64,000 nucleotides of DNA from Camelus ferus (lineage: Eukaryota): the NCBI RefSeq assembly GCF_009834535.1, contig NC_045697.1, positions 107,820,001-107,884,000 of the forward strand, in the 5' to 3' direction. Below, one piece after another: positions 12,233 to 25,199 of the stretch. The position numbers and the translations under genes were made by a program. Every line of letters starts with the position of its first letter. The stretch's first letter is position 1. The notes below the pieces were generated by a model. That model searched no databases, was not told the DNA's origin, and was given only the letters and a program-made list of their open reading frames with translations.

Positions 12233-13165
12233 TTTTCCGGGCTGGTGGTCCCTTGTGTAATTTAAGGAAAGAAAATGCCTGAAAGGATCTGAATTCATTA
12301 CAAAGCTGATTATAAAAGCTTTTTTTTTTTTGTTTATTCATTTTGACTTCTCTATGACTCTTCTCTGATCTGCTTGTGTGGATAATTAAGGGTAGAATGT
12401 TCAGGAAATTTCCCTAGCTCACCCCTTTCCTCAGGGAGTTTACAAGCAGTAAAATAAATAAAATTGAGATTCTTTACTACTTGTCCAACATTACACTCCC
12501 CAGGTGAGCTGGTAAGTGGCTATTTATGTGACAGTTTTTTAATGGCTACCCAATGCCTTCCTGTGGCCGGAAACAGCACATGGGTTAAAGCACCGAGCCT
12601 GTAAGTCACAGCAATTATAGGGGACACAGTTTAGATCAAAAACAAAATCAATTCTGTCTTTGGGTCATTTACACTTTGCAGCTTCTTGTCATTATCCAAG
12701 ATTTTTTATGCATTTCCCACTTTCTGATTTTTTACTGTTGTAACCATAATGGGTTTGCTCTGGATATTGAGGACACATCTGCTTTAGCAAAAGGAAGAAA
12801 GTAATTCAGGAGTTTTCCAGATAATTAGAGTAATTACCTTCGGCTTTACACTTTAGCTGATGCATGGCCCCCTCCATTTAATGCAGAGGAATATTGAGTT
12901 GAGGATAAGGATGTTTGTCAGAGGAAGTGGGGTTTAGTTATTAAACACTTCCTCTTTAAAGTGGGTACCCTCTTGGTCTTACTGTTGTCTCAGCCATTTC
13001 TTTGGCCAAGTTTCTTACCTCTTTAGTCTTGATTTTTCCTTTTAGATAAATCTAGAAAATGCCCCTAGTCTCTCTCAATTTCCAAAGGCTCTTGAGGGCT
13101 TTTCTGTTTACCTTTGTGAATAAAAATACTGATTGAAGAAATTCATGTGGATGTCATAGTGATTA

Positions 13166-13474
13166 CAGTCATCCCTTGATATCCATGGGAGATTGGTTCC
13201 AGGACACCAGCAGATACCAAAATCTGAAGATGCTCAAGTCCCTTATATAAAATTATATTTGCATATAACCTACACACATCCACACATCCTCCAGATCATC
13301 TTTAGATTACTTATAAAACCTAATACAGTGTAAATGCTTTGTAAATAGTTGTCAGTGTGCAATAAATTCAAGTTACACTTTTTGGAAACTTTCTGGAATT
13401 TTTTCCTGAATATTTTCGATCCGAGATTGGTTGAATTTGCAGATGCAGAACGCAAGGATACAGAGGGCCGACTG
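13166..13474 (+). mobile_element. TcMar-Tigger MITE (MER2-like)
   Basis: TA|cagtcatcccttgatatcc ... ggatacagagggccgactg terminal inverted repeats; internal MER2-type gatgctcaagtcccttatataaaa. Confidence 0.85.
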
Positions 13475-16400
13475 AATTGTTGAATGGAGATTTACTGAGC
13501 CCAAACTTCAGCTACATCATTGTGGGCATCACGTGTAGGACATAGAAATGTATAAGCCCTGGGCTGGGCTTTTAAGGAATGTATAAGCCAATTTGGAAGA
13601 CAGTGTGAAATACATTGTTACAAAATGAGTAATATTGATTATGGGAATTAAGTCAAGGAAAGGGACTATTATGGATGGAGAATGGCCTGTGAGATGGAGG
13701 AAGTGAGATTTTGTCAGCTTGCCTGTGGGAAAAGAAGGGTTTGATGACAGAAAGGAAAAGAATGTCTTAGAGAAGGGCTATTGGGAACAAATGCTCAGCT
13801 TTGGCTCTTTTGGGTGGTTAAAAAAAAAAAGGTGAAGTCAGGGCAGGGCAGAGATATGGGACTGAGTATGAGACCTTCAGTTGAAGGGAATAAATGTTAC
13901 CTATTCACTGTTTGGGGGGCTTCACATAGTAGCATTTTGCTGTGAGGTTATTCAGACCAGGAGCCGGTGGAGAGCAGTTGCTGAGGACTGGGAAATGAGC
14001 AAAAATTTGACATAAACTCCTGTGGCTAGTCTGACTGTAGCCCCTGGGTTCCCCTGAGGCAGCCCAAGAAAACCTGTAAGGCTGGTAAAAAAAAAGGTGG
14101 CATAGACAGAATTGGGTATTTCCATTAGCTGGCAAGCACGATGCTGTTTCAAATGTTGAGTTAGGGAAAAGAAGGCAACAAAAGTCAGTGGTATCCAGAG
14201 TTCTGTTTGTTAGGATACTTCAGTACAAATTCAGCATAATTAACATATGTTTGACAGGTTCCGTTCTACTGTTTACTAGTAGCTTCTATTCCAGACCTTC
14301 AGTGGAAGTCAGGGTTATCCACTTGTCCACCCACACTTTGCAGTCAGTCAGGGACACCTAGTTATACAACCAACCATCATCCAAGGCTGGTTCACTGGTT
14401 CAGGGGGGTCACCAGGGAGAGACGTTGAGTGGCCCAGTGGTGCACTTGAGTTTCCAAACTGGTCCCTGAGTCCAGGGCTCTCATGACATCCTCAGAATAG
14501 TTCTATTGTGGACATCCAGGAAGAGTTGCCTTCTTAATAGTGATACTGGAGAATCCAGGCTGTTGGAAGTAGCCTCTGGCCCATGTTTCCTCTCATCTTC
14601 TGAGATGCCATCTTGTGCCAGAGCAGTGAACCTACATCCCGGATCTGTCTGGGGCGTTCCGGTGTTTGGACATTTCAGTGGCATCTAGCCACCTACAGGC
14701 CAGGTTGGCTTGTATGTCCTGGCCTCTTTCACTTCTCATTTAATCTCCAGAAATGCAAAATTACTTGGAGTTCCTGGCCACCCCCTCTCCCGGCCACACC
14801 TGTCATGCAATTTCATGCCTCTCTGCCTCAGGCACTTCCTCTTCTTTCTGCCTGGACTGTCCCTCCGCCTGGCTAATGGATCTCCTGCCACAGGACTCAT
14901 CTGTGGCATTATTTCCTCCAGGAAACCTTCTCTGCCCCCTTTTATGCCACGACTCTGGGCTCCAGCAGCATCTTGTGTGTCCTTTCACTGTTACAACAGC
15001 CACCTTTTGTTAAAATTACATGTATGGGTATCTTCTTCCCAACCTCATTACAAGCTCCTCACGATCAGAGACCATTTACCTGTAGGTCACCAAATCTCCA
15101 ATGCCAAGAGTATTGTAAGCATATTGTAGACGTTGAATAAATTGTCGAACTGAAAGCAGGAAATGTGACGTATCACTTTAGAAAAGGTAAGAGCCTAGGA
15201 AAACAGAATTGAACATACGCTAATATTAAAACATTCTATAATTTGCTACCAGTAAGATCTTTAGACTTGCATTTAATGATCAGTGGTCTGGAGAAGAGAG
15301 ACAGAGTATGTGTGTTTAATTTTTATAGCAGTCTGTAAGAACAGTTTGTCATCTAGTGGACTGTTTTTATGTCTTGCCTTTGCTTCTTCTGAATGAAAGA
15401 GAGAGCAAGAAGTACGAAGCGTTGGTCCAGCAGATAATGAACAATCCAACTGTATTACCATGTCAGTTACACCCCCATCCGCCCCGCCACACACACACTA
15501 GTTATTCTTAATGACACATTTGTACTTTGTGGTGCTTCTTGGCCCTTGCTCTATCCAGTCTCTATTCTCTCCTTTCACGTATTGAATCAATATTAGTTAT
15601 ATACTAAATGATGTCTGCTCTTAAAGCCAGGAGAACAAAGGTTAAAAAAAAATCAAATGGACATGCACATCTCTGTATACTTCTTAATAGCGCAAACTTC
15701 TTACCACCCTCAGCCTCCAAAAAATAGGCTGTTATACAATTTTTTAAGCTAAGAACATTTCAGAGCTCAGATAATGTAATGGTGATGGATAAAGAAATGC
15801 TAGTGGATTTAGTAGCCTTTTTCTTCTTGGAGGGGAGAGGGATGGGAAAAAGATGGAATCGTCTAGATTAATTAATTCAGTCAGATGTCTTCCCATAATA
15901 GTGAAAAGCAGATGATATGTTTTAAGTGTGGTAACTTGTATGGAGCTCCGAGTAGCCAGGCTCCATTAAAGAAGCCTAGAGCCCTTATACAGGGATTTGA
16001 GATTATCATTCTAACCTGTTTCCTGTGAAACTCATTCTTTTGCTCTGTCCAGGTTCACTCTTTTGGTCTGTGCCTTGTCATAGACTAAATAGACAATTTT
16101 AGAGAAATTACGTGAAGTCTCTGAGAGATGAAAGCTTGGAAAGTAGTAGAGAACTCTGATTAATCTTCTCAATATCTTAATAAAGTGATGTTAATAGTGT
16201 GACATTTAAAAAATTTGTCACTCTTCTCAACTTTCCAGGTATCTCCCAACTTGACAGTAGAAAGTAAAGCAGAACGAGAGCTGTGCTCCTTTAGAGGACC
16301 AGGGCGTCAGCTTGTGCTTCTTTTAGACTCTCAAGTGGTCGGACGTGTTGAAACATCAGCAACTCTCCCACCACAGGCTCGGTGATGAGTCTGTTTTTGC

Positions 16401-18706
16401 TGTGGTTGGAATTACTGTGTTCTCTGGAATATTATTACATAGATCATTACTCTTAAATCTTTTCTCTAATACTTAAATAATATATATATATACACACACA
16501 TACACACACACAAACCTAAATTAAGGGTTAGTTTACTGTGCTATTTTATTGACTGATGCTCCCACCATGCTTCTGTATTCCAGTAATTACTAGACTACTT
16601 TGGTCCCAAGGAGATAAGGCTTGTAGGTAGAGCTTCCGTGTTATTCTAATTCCAGATTTAGATACATCTCTGGAGGTCAGGACTGTAGTTGACATTAACC
16701 AGCTTGTGCAAGTACACATATGTTATAAGGCTGTTATCTTAATGTAAAAAGAAATGACTCCATAAAGGTCTGCCATGGGAATAGGTGTGTAAGAAATACC
16801 TGAAATTGAAAGACACATTAAGTAACAAGGAGTGGTTGGAAACTTACTTTTGTTGTAGTTCATTTGGTACATTAAGTGGAATTTGGCTTAGGATCACTAA
16901 ATCTTGTCCTCCTTCTGTGTGATGGAAAACGTTGCTTAGTAACTTGGGTTTTTCCACCCTGCCACTAAAAATCAGCCTTCCAAAGGATTTGGAAGTTATG
17001 GGCTGCACTCATGCGACTTTCTTGAAATAACTAGGCTCTAACCAAAGAAGCGCAAATGGTCATCTGTTGATACCTGCCTGTAGATAAGACATAGAACAAT
17101 ATTAGGATAGAGTCGAAGCTAATGTCCTGACAGACAAGCACGTGTGTTTATCGTGAAGAATGATTATTTATTAGCTTGAGGTGTGATTATGTGATTTATG
17201 TATACCTTTCATTCTGAAAGCATTTGAGCTTCCTATTTAGAATTTGTGAATATTTGAAATTCAGGCCCATTATCCCTGACTGATGGGGGTTGTTGTTAGA
17301 GCAGAAGCAAGGAGTAACTGATACTCCTTAACACGTTGATCACCACGTCACCCAAATCTGGGTGACAGTTGTGTTTCTTCAGGGACACCCAATTCACAGT
17401 GGCGATCAACATGTTAATGAAAGAAATATGTTCTTTGTTTATCTTACTGAACTCCAATAATCCTCATATTTATAGGTCAGAAGACTTTGAACTTAGGTCA
17501 AAATTTAGCTCTATTGGTCAGATAATCTGCACACCATTGTTCACTCTATTGATTCTTCGTGTATTTGTTTCTTTTTAGAACTGCAGACTGTGATCCAGGC
17601 TCATGATCCATATGTGTGTGTGTGTGTGTGTGTGTACATATATACATGGATCAGCTTGTATATGTTAAAGTTTATAGATCAACAAATGCCCAGCTCTGAT
17701 CTACAAAACGTTTACCGTGCTGTATCTGATTTCAGCTGGTTTACATGCTTAATAAGCATGGGCTTTTTACATCAGGGGCCAGTCAGTTTATTTAATGTTA
17801 TTTAGCCTAACGAAGTGAACTTGCTTAATAAAGGAAATATTTGCAAAGTACATTTTCCTGCTTGGGTCTCTCCAGCCCCCATAATCTTATTTTTTCCCCT
17901 GAACTGAGTCCCTGAGACTGACATTATGCAGCTGAGAAGCAGCGGGGCCTGGGAATCAGAAGCAGGGCTGAGAATGTAAGATGCAGGATGGTCATAGGGG
18001 TGAGCTGGGCCCAGGGAAGCCACCGTGATCAGCATGAGCTCCTGGATCCATAGCAGATAAAGAGGTCAAACCAGGCAGCCAGCAGAAGTCAGGGGCCGGG
18101 AATGTTGGAGTTTGGTGGGAGTGATGTGAGCAGAGGGCACGGAAGGAAATAATAAGGAAAAGTCGAGGTCACATCAGGAATCATCTGTGAAAACTGAAAG
18201 GACCATGACACCGTCCGGGCAGCCCACTTGGGACATCAGAACAGAAGTTTCAGTGCAAGCTGTGCTCTAGCCAAGAAGCTTCTCAGGCATTCCATGTCAG
18301 GATGGGAACCAGGCCCAGGGCGTGGGCCCCCAGAACCCACTTGTAAAAGCAGGTCGTGGACGTGTCTGCCTGGAAGGAAAAGGGAGGTGGCCTGGGAGGG
18401 TGCTGACACTTAAGGAGGGAGGTGAAGGACAAGTGGCAACACAGTGCATAATCAGCCCTTTGCTGATGTGGATTCCGTGACTCACCGGTCTTGGTTGTAA
18501 CACACCCATCTTCCAGGCAGTAAAACCACCTGGCCAGGGCTGGGAATGAGCAAAGGGCTCCGTTCCAGATGATCAGCAAATCTTACATATCCATGGGTTA
18601 TTATAGCTCTGTTCTCGGGTTTCTCCACGCATTAACCCAGAAGGCAGTGTAGAGGGGCTGCTGCTATAAAGGGGTAGAGAGATGCTTCAGTTTAAAAGCT
18701 GCCAAA

Positions 18707-18975
18707 CGAACTTATCTATAAAACAGAAACAGACTCACAGACACAGAGAACAAACAGGGTTACCAGGGGGTAAAGGGGATGGGAAAGATAAATTGGGAAT
18801 TCAAAAATTGCACCTCTTGGGGAGTGATGGAAATGTAAGCTATCTTGATTGTGGTGGTGGTTTCATTGGTGTATGCATCTATCAAAATTCATCAAGTTGT
18901 ACATCTGAAATACGTGTAATTTACTATACGGGAACCATACCACAATAAAAGTGTTAAAAATAAAATAAAATAGAA
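18707..18975 (+). mobile_element. Composite L1 3' sequence (young lineage-type 3'UTR joined at ~18812 to an older L1M-type 3' end)
   Basis: aaaacagaaacagactcacagac...gataaattggg matches the reverse complement of the 50.4-50.9 kb L1; then gatggaaatg...tatcttgattgtggtggtggttt...aataaaa. Confidence 0.75.
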
Positions 18976-19349
18976 TAAAATCTACTAAATAGCTTGCAAT
19001 AGCTTGAGATAAAAATCTCAGCTTTCTTTTTTAGGTTTCTCACAGCTCCCCCAAGAGTAGGTCTGTCTGCCAAAGAATGCATTGGAATAAATAATATAAA
19101 TGATGATTAATTCAATGAGAAAAATGTAACTAGTGATCATGTAAATAGTTTTGCTCTTTCTTACATATATACACTTAGATATGTAATAATATTTACATGT
19201 ATGCATATAGTAAACACAATATGCAATGTAAAATTTATATTGCTTAGGAATTTCTGAGAATTATTCATTGTTTTTAACTCAGTGTTTTGGTCCTTTTTTA
19301 AGACATTAGTACAAATTACTTTGCTTTTACTTCTATTTATTTTATGAAA

Positions 19350-19815
19350 TTAGAACAATTTATAGGGAAGAAGAACTAATTAGCCTTAAGATCTCATTTA
19401 TATCTTTTCATACTCACTTCTAATCATTCATCTGTTTGTCAGTATATTTAGTTTTTAAGTTAAATTATTTCATGTATATATTGGCATGCAATATGATTCA
19501 CTTAGTGTTTATTTTTAATAGTTTTAGTGTATGGTGAACATTGTGTGGTGTATAACATAGTGATTATAATTCTCTTATTCTTGACCATTTGGGTTAATAA
19601 TATTTTTATTTTTCATTATTGAAAATATCATTGGTGTGAACAGTTTTAAACAAATTATTTCGAGGTTGTTTCCTTGGGGCATTTTCCCCAAAGTGAGTGT
19701 AACAAGTCAAAGGGCAGGAACAGTATTATAGCTTTTGTTACGTATTGCCAGATTGTTTTCTGGAAAGATTGAGCTAATTTGCCAAGCCACTATCAGCGTA
19801 TAATACACAATCCCA
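19350..19815 (-). mobile_element. Old L1ME-type fragment
   Basis: ccatttgggtt...gtgtgaac...aagtcaaaggg...tattgccagattgttttctggaaagattg. Confidence 0.55.
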
Positions 19816-20935
19816 GTTTTAGGCAGTTTAGACAGTGTGAGCACACATGAGAAATATAATTACATTTCTGCCCCGAGGCTTAGTTGTATGGATAGCTCTC
19901 AAAAGTAAACTCAATACGTGGACTTTGACATTATAGAACTGATAAAGTGTATAGTTAATTTGTTCTTCAGAACGTGGGGCCTTGAAGTTAGAACTTTGGG
20001 GCTGGAGAGCATGCTGTGCTGAGGTGGAGCCCCCTTTTGGACAAGTGTGGTACTGAGCTCCCTCACGGCCAGAGCAAAGGGAAGGGAGGACAGCAGTTCC
20101 CAGCATTTCTGCCACTGAGGTCATCAGGCCTGCGGGGAGTCCTGGAGGGCTTCTTGGAGGGTGGGGGAGAGTCGGGGGACTCTGGAGTCTGAGTGCAGTG
20201 AAGGAGGGGGATGGCCAGTGGGTAGACCCCGGCCCTTGGTCATTGAGTCTTGTAACTCCTAGGTATCTGCTAACAAAGCCCCTCCTGGTTGAAAATGTCA
20301 ACTCAAGGGTGCTGGGGTGAGTTTTTTCTGATGGTATTTTAAATTTTATAATGGAAATCGATGGAGTTTAGAGATTCTGTGGAAACCTATTTATTCATAA
20401 GGATATATTAGCCTAGTCTATAAAAGTTCCTTTGCCCTGCTTCTGACAGAGGAAGAACTTGGACTTTTCCCTGAGAAATATATTTCCCTCATTGCTCGTG
20501 CACACTGACATAGCATGGTCCCTTTGCCAGCCTCTGCAGTGACTTGCAAAAATTCTGTAACCCAAATACCAGAACGCGTAACAGCATGTCCTAGAACTGA
20601 GCTGGGAGGGGACTGCTGAAGTTAAACATATTCCATACAGCATGCAGTTCAGACAGGCAAAAAGGAACAAGTTAAAGTCGTTGATGGAATGTTTGATTGT
20701 CTAAAAATTAATGTGGGTATACATTTTAAAGGAAGTAAATTAAATGGATATTATCATAGAAATTCCAAGTCATGAAGTTAAATGGAGGTTGAGAGATAGA
20801 ATTGTTTTAATTTTCAGGTCCCAAAGTAGAAATTCAGTCTTGATGGGCAGAGGAGGTAGGAAGCATTCAAAATGCCAGCGGTGGTAAGGGAGAGACACAC
20901 TGGGGCTGTCATGTGACCTAATTAGGGCTTTATTT

Positions 20936-21117
20936 ATTTATTTATACTGTTAATTGAATTTTTTCTTTTTTGGTGGTAAGATGCATATAACGAAGTTTGC
21001 CATCTCAGTCATTTATAAGTATATAATTCAATGGCATTAACTTAAATTCACAATATTATGTAACCTTTGCTCCTATTTCCAAAACTTTTTCATCATCCCA
21101 AACAGAAACCCCGTGCT
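20936..21117 (-). mobile_element. L1 (L1MA/MB-type) 3' end
   Basis: ggtaagatgcatataac...ttccaaaactttttcatcatcccaaacagaaac; TSD ttaggg(c/a)tttattt at 20922-20935 and 21118-21131. Confidence 0.8.
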
Positions 21118-21941
21118 TTAGGGATTTATTTTGTAATTGGTTATCTCAGAGTTTTCTCCCCGCTGGCTTAAAGAAATGCACAGTTCAGATCCTTCATTTT
21201 TAGAATTTCCACATATGCTATACGTTGTTCTGCTAGGTATGTGTCGTGTTTGTTAATTTCCTTTCATCCTTCCTGATGATGCTTGGTTGAAGAGGCTGCC
21301 AATCCAAGCAGAGGAGGGAGGGTTATTGTTCTGTTGAGGGCATGTGTTCTACTGCTGAAATCTCCAAATCAGCTCTATTTGTAGGAGGACTCCAGTAGTC
21401 TTACTTATGCAATGTATTTGAAAATTAAAGAGCACTATTATATTCTTGACAGTTTAGAAGAGAATTTAAGAACTTGTCATTACTTTGAAGACAAAGACGA
21501 CGACTATTTTTCCATGTTTCTTTTCAGTCTTTTTTCAGTTGCATGATTTTGGCATAGTTGATAATAATGGGTCTGACTTGATACAAGTGACTTCTTTTTT
21601 CATCTAACATATCACTTACAGTTTTTTATTTTGCTCAATAGTCTTCATAATAATGAGCCCAGGAATGCATGTAGCCTGATTTACATAACCACACTACTTT
21701 ATTTGACATTTAGGTTGCCAGCGTTTGTAACTATTGTAAATGTACATCTTCAGACATCGTCTTTCTGTGGTTTAACCCCTTCATTTTATTCTCATGAGAG
21801 AAACACAATGCTCACATACATCTTGTTGGGGGCTGTGGCTCTCGCATTTATTTCCATGAAGACTTGGTACGGTTAGTGGTGGTGTGTTTTTGTAGTGACA
21901 ATAAGTGTCAGATGGATGACAAATGCTTGGTTTGGTTACAG

Positions 21942-22568
21942 GTTGTGAAAATCTTAGAGAAACACGACCCATTGAAGAACACCCAGGCAAAATATGGGTC
22001 CATCCCTCCAGATGAGGCCAGTGCTGTGCAGAATTATGTTGAACACATGCTCTTCTTGCTGATTGAAGAGCAAGCCAAGGATGCTGCCATGGGGCCAATC
22101 CTGGAACTTGTGGTCTCTGAGAACATCATGGAAAAACTCTTCCTCTGGAGCTTGAGGCGGGAGTTTACGGATGAGACGAAGATGGAGCAGCTGAAGATGT
22201 ACGAGATGTTGGTCACCCAGGCGCACCAGCCTCTGCTGTGCCACAAGCCCATTCTGAGGCCCCTGATGATGCTGCTGAGCTCTTGTTCCGGAACAGCCAC
22301 CCCCACTGTGGAGGGGAAGCTGGTCGTCCTGCTGAACCAGCTCTGTTCCATTCTTGCCAAAGATCCATCCATTCTGGAGCTCTTCTTCCACACTAGTGAG
22401 GACCAGGGGGCAGCCAACTTCCTCATCTTCTCCCTTCTAATCCCCTTTATTCACCGGGAGGGGGCAGTGGGCCAGCAGGCCCGGGATGCTTTGCTCTTCA
22501 TCATGTCTCTCTCTGCCGAGAACAGCATGGTGGCCCATCACATCGTGGACAACACCTACTTTTGTCCG
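21942..22568 (+). CDS. FHIP1A: FHIP1A coding exon 2 (VVKILEKHDP...NTYFCP, 209 aa)
   Basis: ttacAG acceptor at 21940-21941, CCG|GTAGGT donor at 22569, 627 nt open frame with FAM160/FHIP family sequence (LELFFHTSEDQGAANFLIFSLLIPFIHREG). Confidence 0.97.
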
Positions 22569-23517
22569 GTAGGTCCTTCTTGTTGGCCTGTTTCCCACCC
22601 TCTCTCCGGCTAATGATAAAAACTTTTTTTTAATTCCTTTTTTTGCAGCAAGCTGTCCTGGGCACCTTCTATGAAAAAATGTTTAGAGGAAATCTTTCGG
22701 AGGGAGCGGAGGAGTCTAAGTTGAGATGCTGTTTGGCTGAGCAGTGTCAGCTCAGAAGAAGCCAACAGAGGGAACTACATGGGTTACCATTTCTGAGTTC
22801 ATTCCTGTTAGGTTAGGACCTGTTTTAGTTTTTCTCTAAGAGCATATCCTGAACGATGGGTAAAACCTGCACTTTTGATATTCTTAGCTTTTCAGGTTAA
22901 TTTTGTGTCAATACATCGTGGCATATGGTGAGACCCTTCACAGCTGTTTTCTCGAATTAATTTGTTTCCCAGCAAGATAATGGTCATAATTTTAGATCGA
23001 AAGCACTGATTTTATTTTAAGAAGTAAATACATGTTTACAGTTTGAGGTAGAAAGAAATACTCTACTCTGTATAGTTTCTTCATCATTGGTTTGGTGAGA
23101 AATAAAGCGTCAGGTCTTTTGCAAATGCTGGAGTGGCCAGGCCCAGACATAGTTCTAGAAGAGAGTGGAAGCTCTCTGAGACTCTTAAGGTGCCACAGGG
23201 TTCTGATTATTTTCTGGTGTTAGTGTTGTCTTTGGAAGGGGAATTTAAATGACAGATTATAGATTTATATCTTTTTCTGGTTTGTCGGATGTTGGGCCAC
23301 AGCTATTTTAATTTTTCCCAACTCAGTGAACATTTCCAGTTTGTTTCCATTGTCTGTTCTTTTTATCAGTCATCTCATGTTTCCTTATAAACCATATTTC
23401 CTTAAATATGCCTGACTCTGCTAAAATAGTGTGTAAGACCATGAGTGAGTTTTGTTGGAACAGGCTAGGCGAATTGCCATAAGTAGATTAGATTCCTTAT
23501 TAATTAACACTATGTGG

Positions 23518-23722
23518 GTAGTTCTTGACCTGGGGCAAGGGCATTTTGAAATACCTGTGGTGTGTGTTTGGTTGTCAAGGGACATGGGGTGGCCTGGGAG
23601 GGAGGTCAGCTGGCATTTAGTGTGCAGGGACCAGGGGTGTTTAATGGCCAGTAGTTTGAGCACACACAGTAAGGAACTGACCTGCCCCAAATGCTAATAG
23701 CAATCGTAGTGAGTAACATACT
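23518..23722. mobile_element. hAT-Charlie MITE (MER20-like)
   Basis: gtagttcttgacctgggg...tttggttgtca...tggcatttagtg...gccccaaatgctaatagc. Confidence 0.65.
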
Positions 23723-24117
23723 GTATTTTGCTTTGAGGCTCAAAAGCAGTAATCTTCTTTATATTACTAAATTCCTGTTTTTACTAATAAACCAGGGTCA
23801 CCTAGCATTTGGTGAATATTTATTTCAAGGGAAACACATGAGTAAAAATTTTGAAATAAAGAATTTCAGTTAAGCTCAGGGTCCCCTGCGTCTCTTATCT
23901 TCTGGGTTCTGACCAATGGAATAAGAAGTTGTACACAGATTGAGAGTGCAATGGGCAGTGAAGAACCGATTCCATTCATCTGTGCCAATATGTTAAATCT
24001 CCCTTCCTTATCTCCTTCAACAGTGCAGAGTTTTTCATAAACTCTTCTTGAAGAATATATCTTAAGGTGAAAATATAACTTCTCACCCTGAATCCAAGCA
24101 CCTTTGGAATACGGTGC

Positions 24118-24623
24118 TGTATTAGTTTTCTATTGCCACTGTAAGAAGTTACCAAAACCTCTCGTGGCTTTAAACAACACAAATTACTAGTTTACAGTCG
24201 TATTGTCTTATTGTAGGTTAGAAGCCCAGCAGGTCTCACTGGGCTAAAATCAAGATGTCAGCAGGACTTGTCTTCTTTCTGGAGGCTCTCGTGGTAAGTC
24301 TATCTCCCTGCCTTCTCGGGCTCCTGGAAGCCGCCCGCTTTCCTTAGCTCACGGCCCCCTCCTCCATCTTCACAGTCAGCAGTGTCACACCTCTCTGACC
24401 ATCCTTCTGTAGTCACGCCTCCCTCTCCAACTTTTAAGGACCCTTGTGATTACATCAGGCGTACCTGCATCTTTCAGGACAATCTCTCTATTTAGACAGC
24501 TGATTAGTACCCTTAATTCCATCTGCAGCCTTGATTCCCCTTTGTTGTGTAACCTGATCTGTTCACAGGCTCAGGGATTAGGAGGTAGACAGCTTTGGGG
24601 GGACTAATACTCTGCCCACCACC
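24118..24623 (-). mobile_element. MaLR solo LTR (MLT1C/D-like)
   Basis: tgtattagttttctattgcc...gggctaaaatcaagatgtcagcagg...taaggacccttgtgattacatc...ctctgcccaccacca. Confidence 0.85.
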
Positions 24624-25199
24624 ATTGCTATATACATTCAGCTTGGAGAGCTCTTGAAGAAGTTTGATCGAGAACAGCATAATCAGAATGCTTGTAGAAG
24701 TTTAATCTGACTACGTAAGTTTGGGAGATGCTGAGAAAGTAGGGACGCACATTAGGGTCTAGAAACGAGTGGTGGGAATGAGAAAGAAAAAGAGAAGCTG
24801 GGTCTGAGAAGTGATGTGAAGGGAGAAGCTAATTAGACAATGACCCTTTCCATGAGTAGCTGGGCAGAGGTTTGAGTCTGGACGTATTTGAAATATCTTG
24901 GGGTGGTTCTGCTGTTACAGAAGGAGTGCTGGTATTGAGACAAATCAGCAAAATATTCAGGTGGTTCACTGGTCGATATGTACAGGGCCGTTGTAAAGTT
25001 ACCATTTACAAAAGCAATACAATTCTAAGATATTTTGAATAAACCTACAAAATACGTAAAAGGCCTTTACAGGGGAATTTATAAAACTTTATTGAAACGC
25101 ATATAAGAAGACTGAAATAAATGGAAAGCCCTGTAGTTTGTAGGTATTGTGTAGGTAACACTTTTTCTGCAGATCAATCTGTAAAGCTAATGCAATTTA

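Noticed and set aside
14280..14700. Possible retrocopy or ERV internal fragment
   Set aside because: Complex-looking sequence, but no translation I could assign and no poly(A) or TSD; needs BLAST/Dfam.
19828..20301. 157-aa minus-strand ORF
   Set aside because: Starts at a non-ATG codon (TTG), no recognisable homology, and Pro-rich only because of the G tracts.
21954..22426. Two antisense ORFs (145 and 130 aa) over exon 2
   Set aside because: Shadow frames expected opposite a GC3-rich coding exon; no recognisable protein.
21864..22613. 249-aa ORF taken as a standalone gene
   Set aside because: Only 21942-22568 is exon; the ends are intronic read-through past splice sites.
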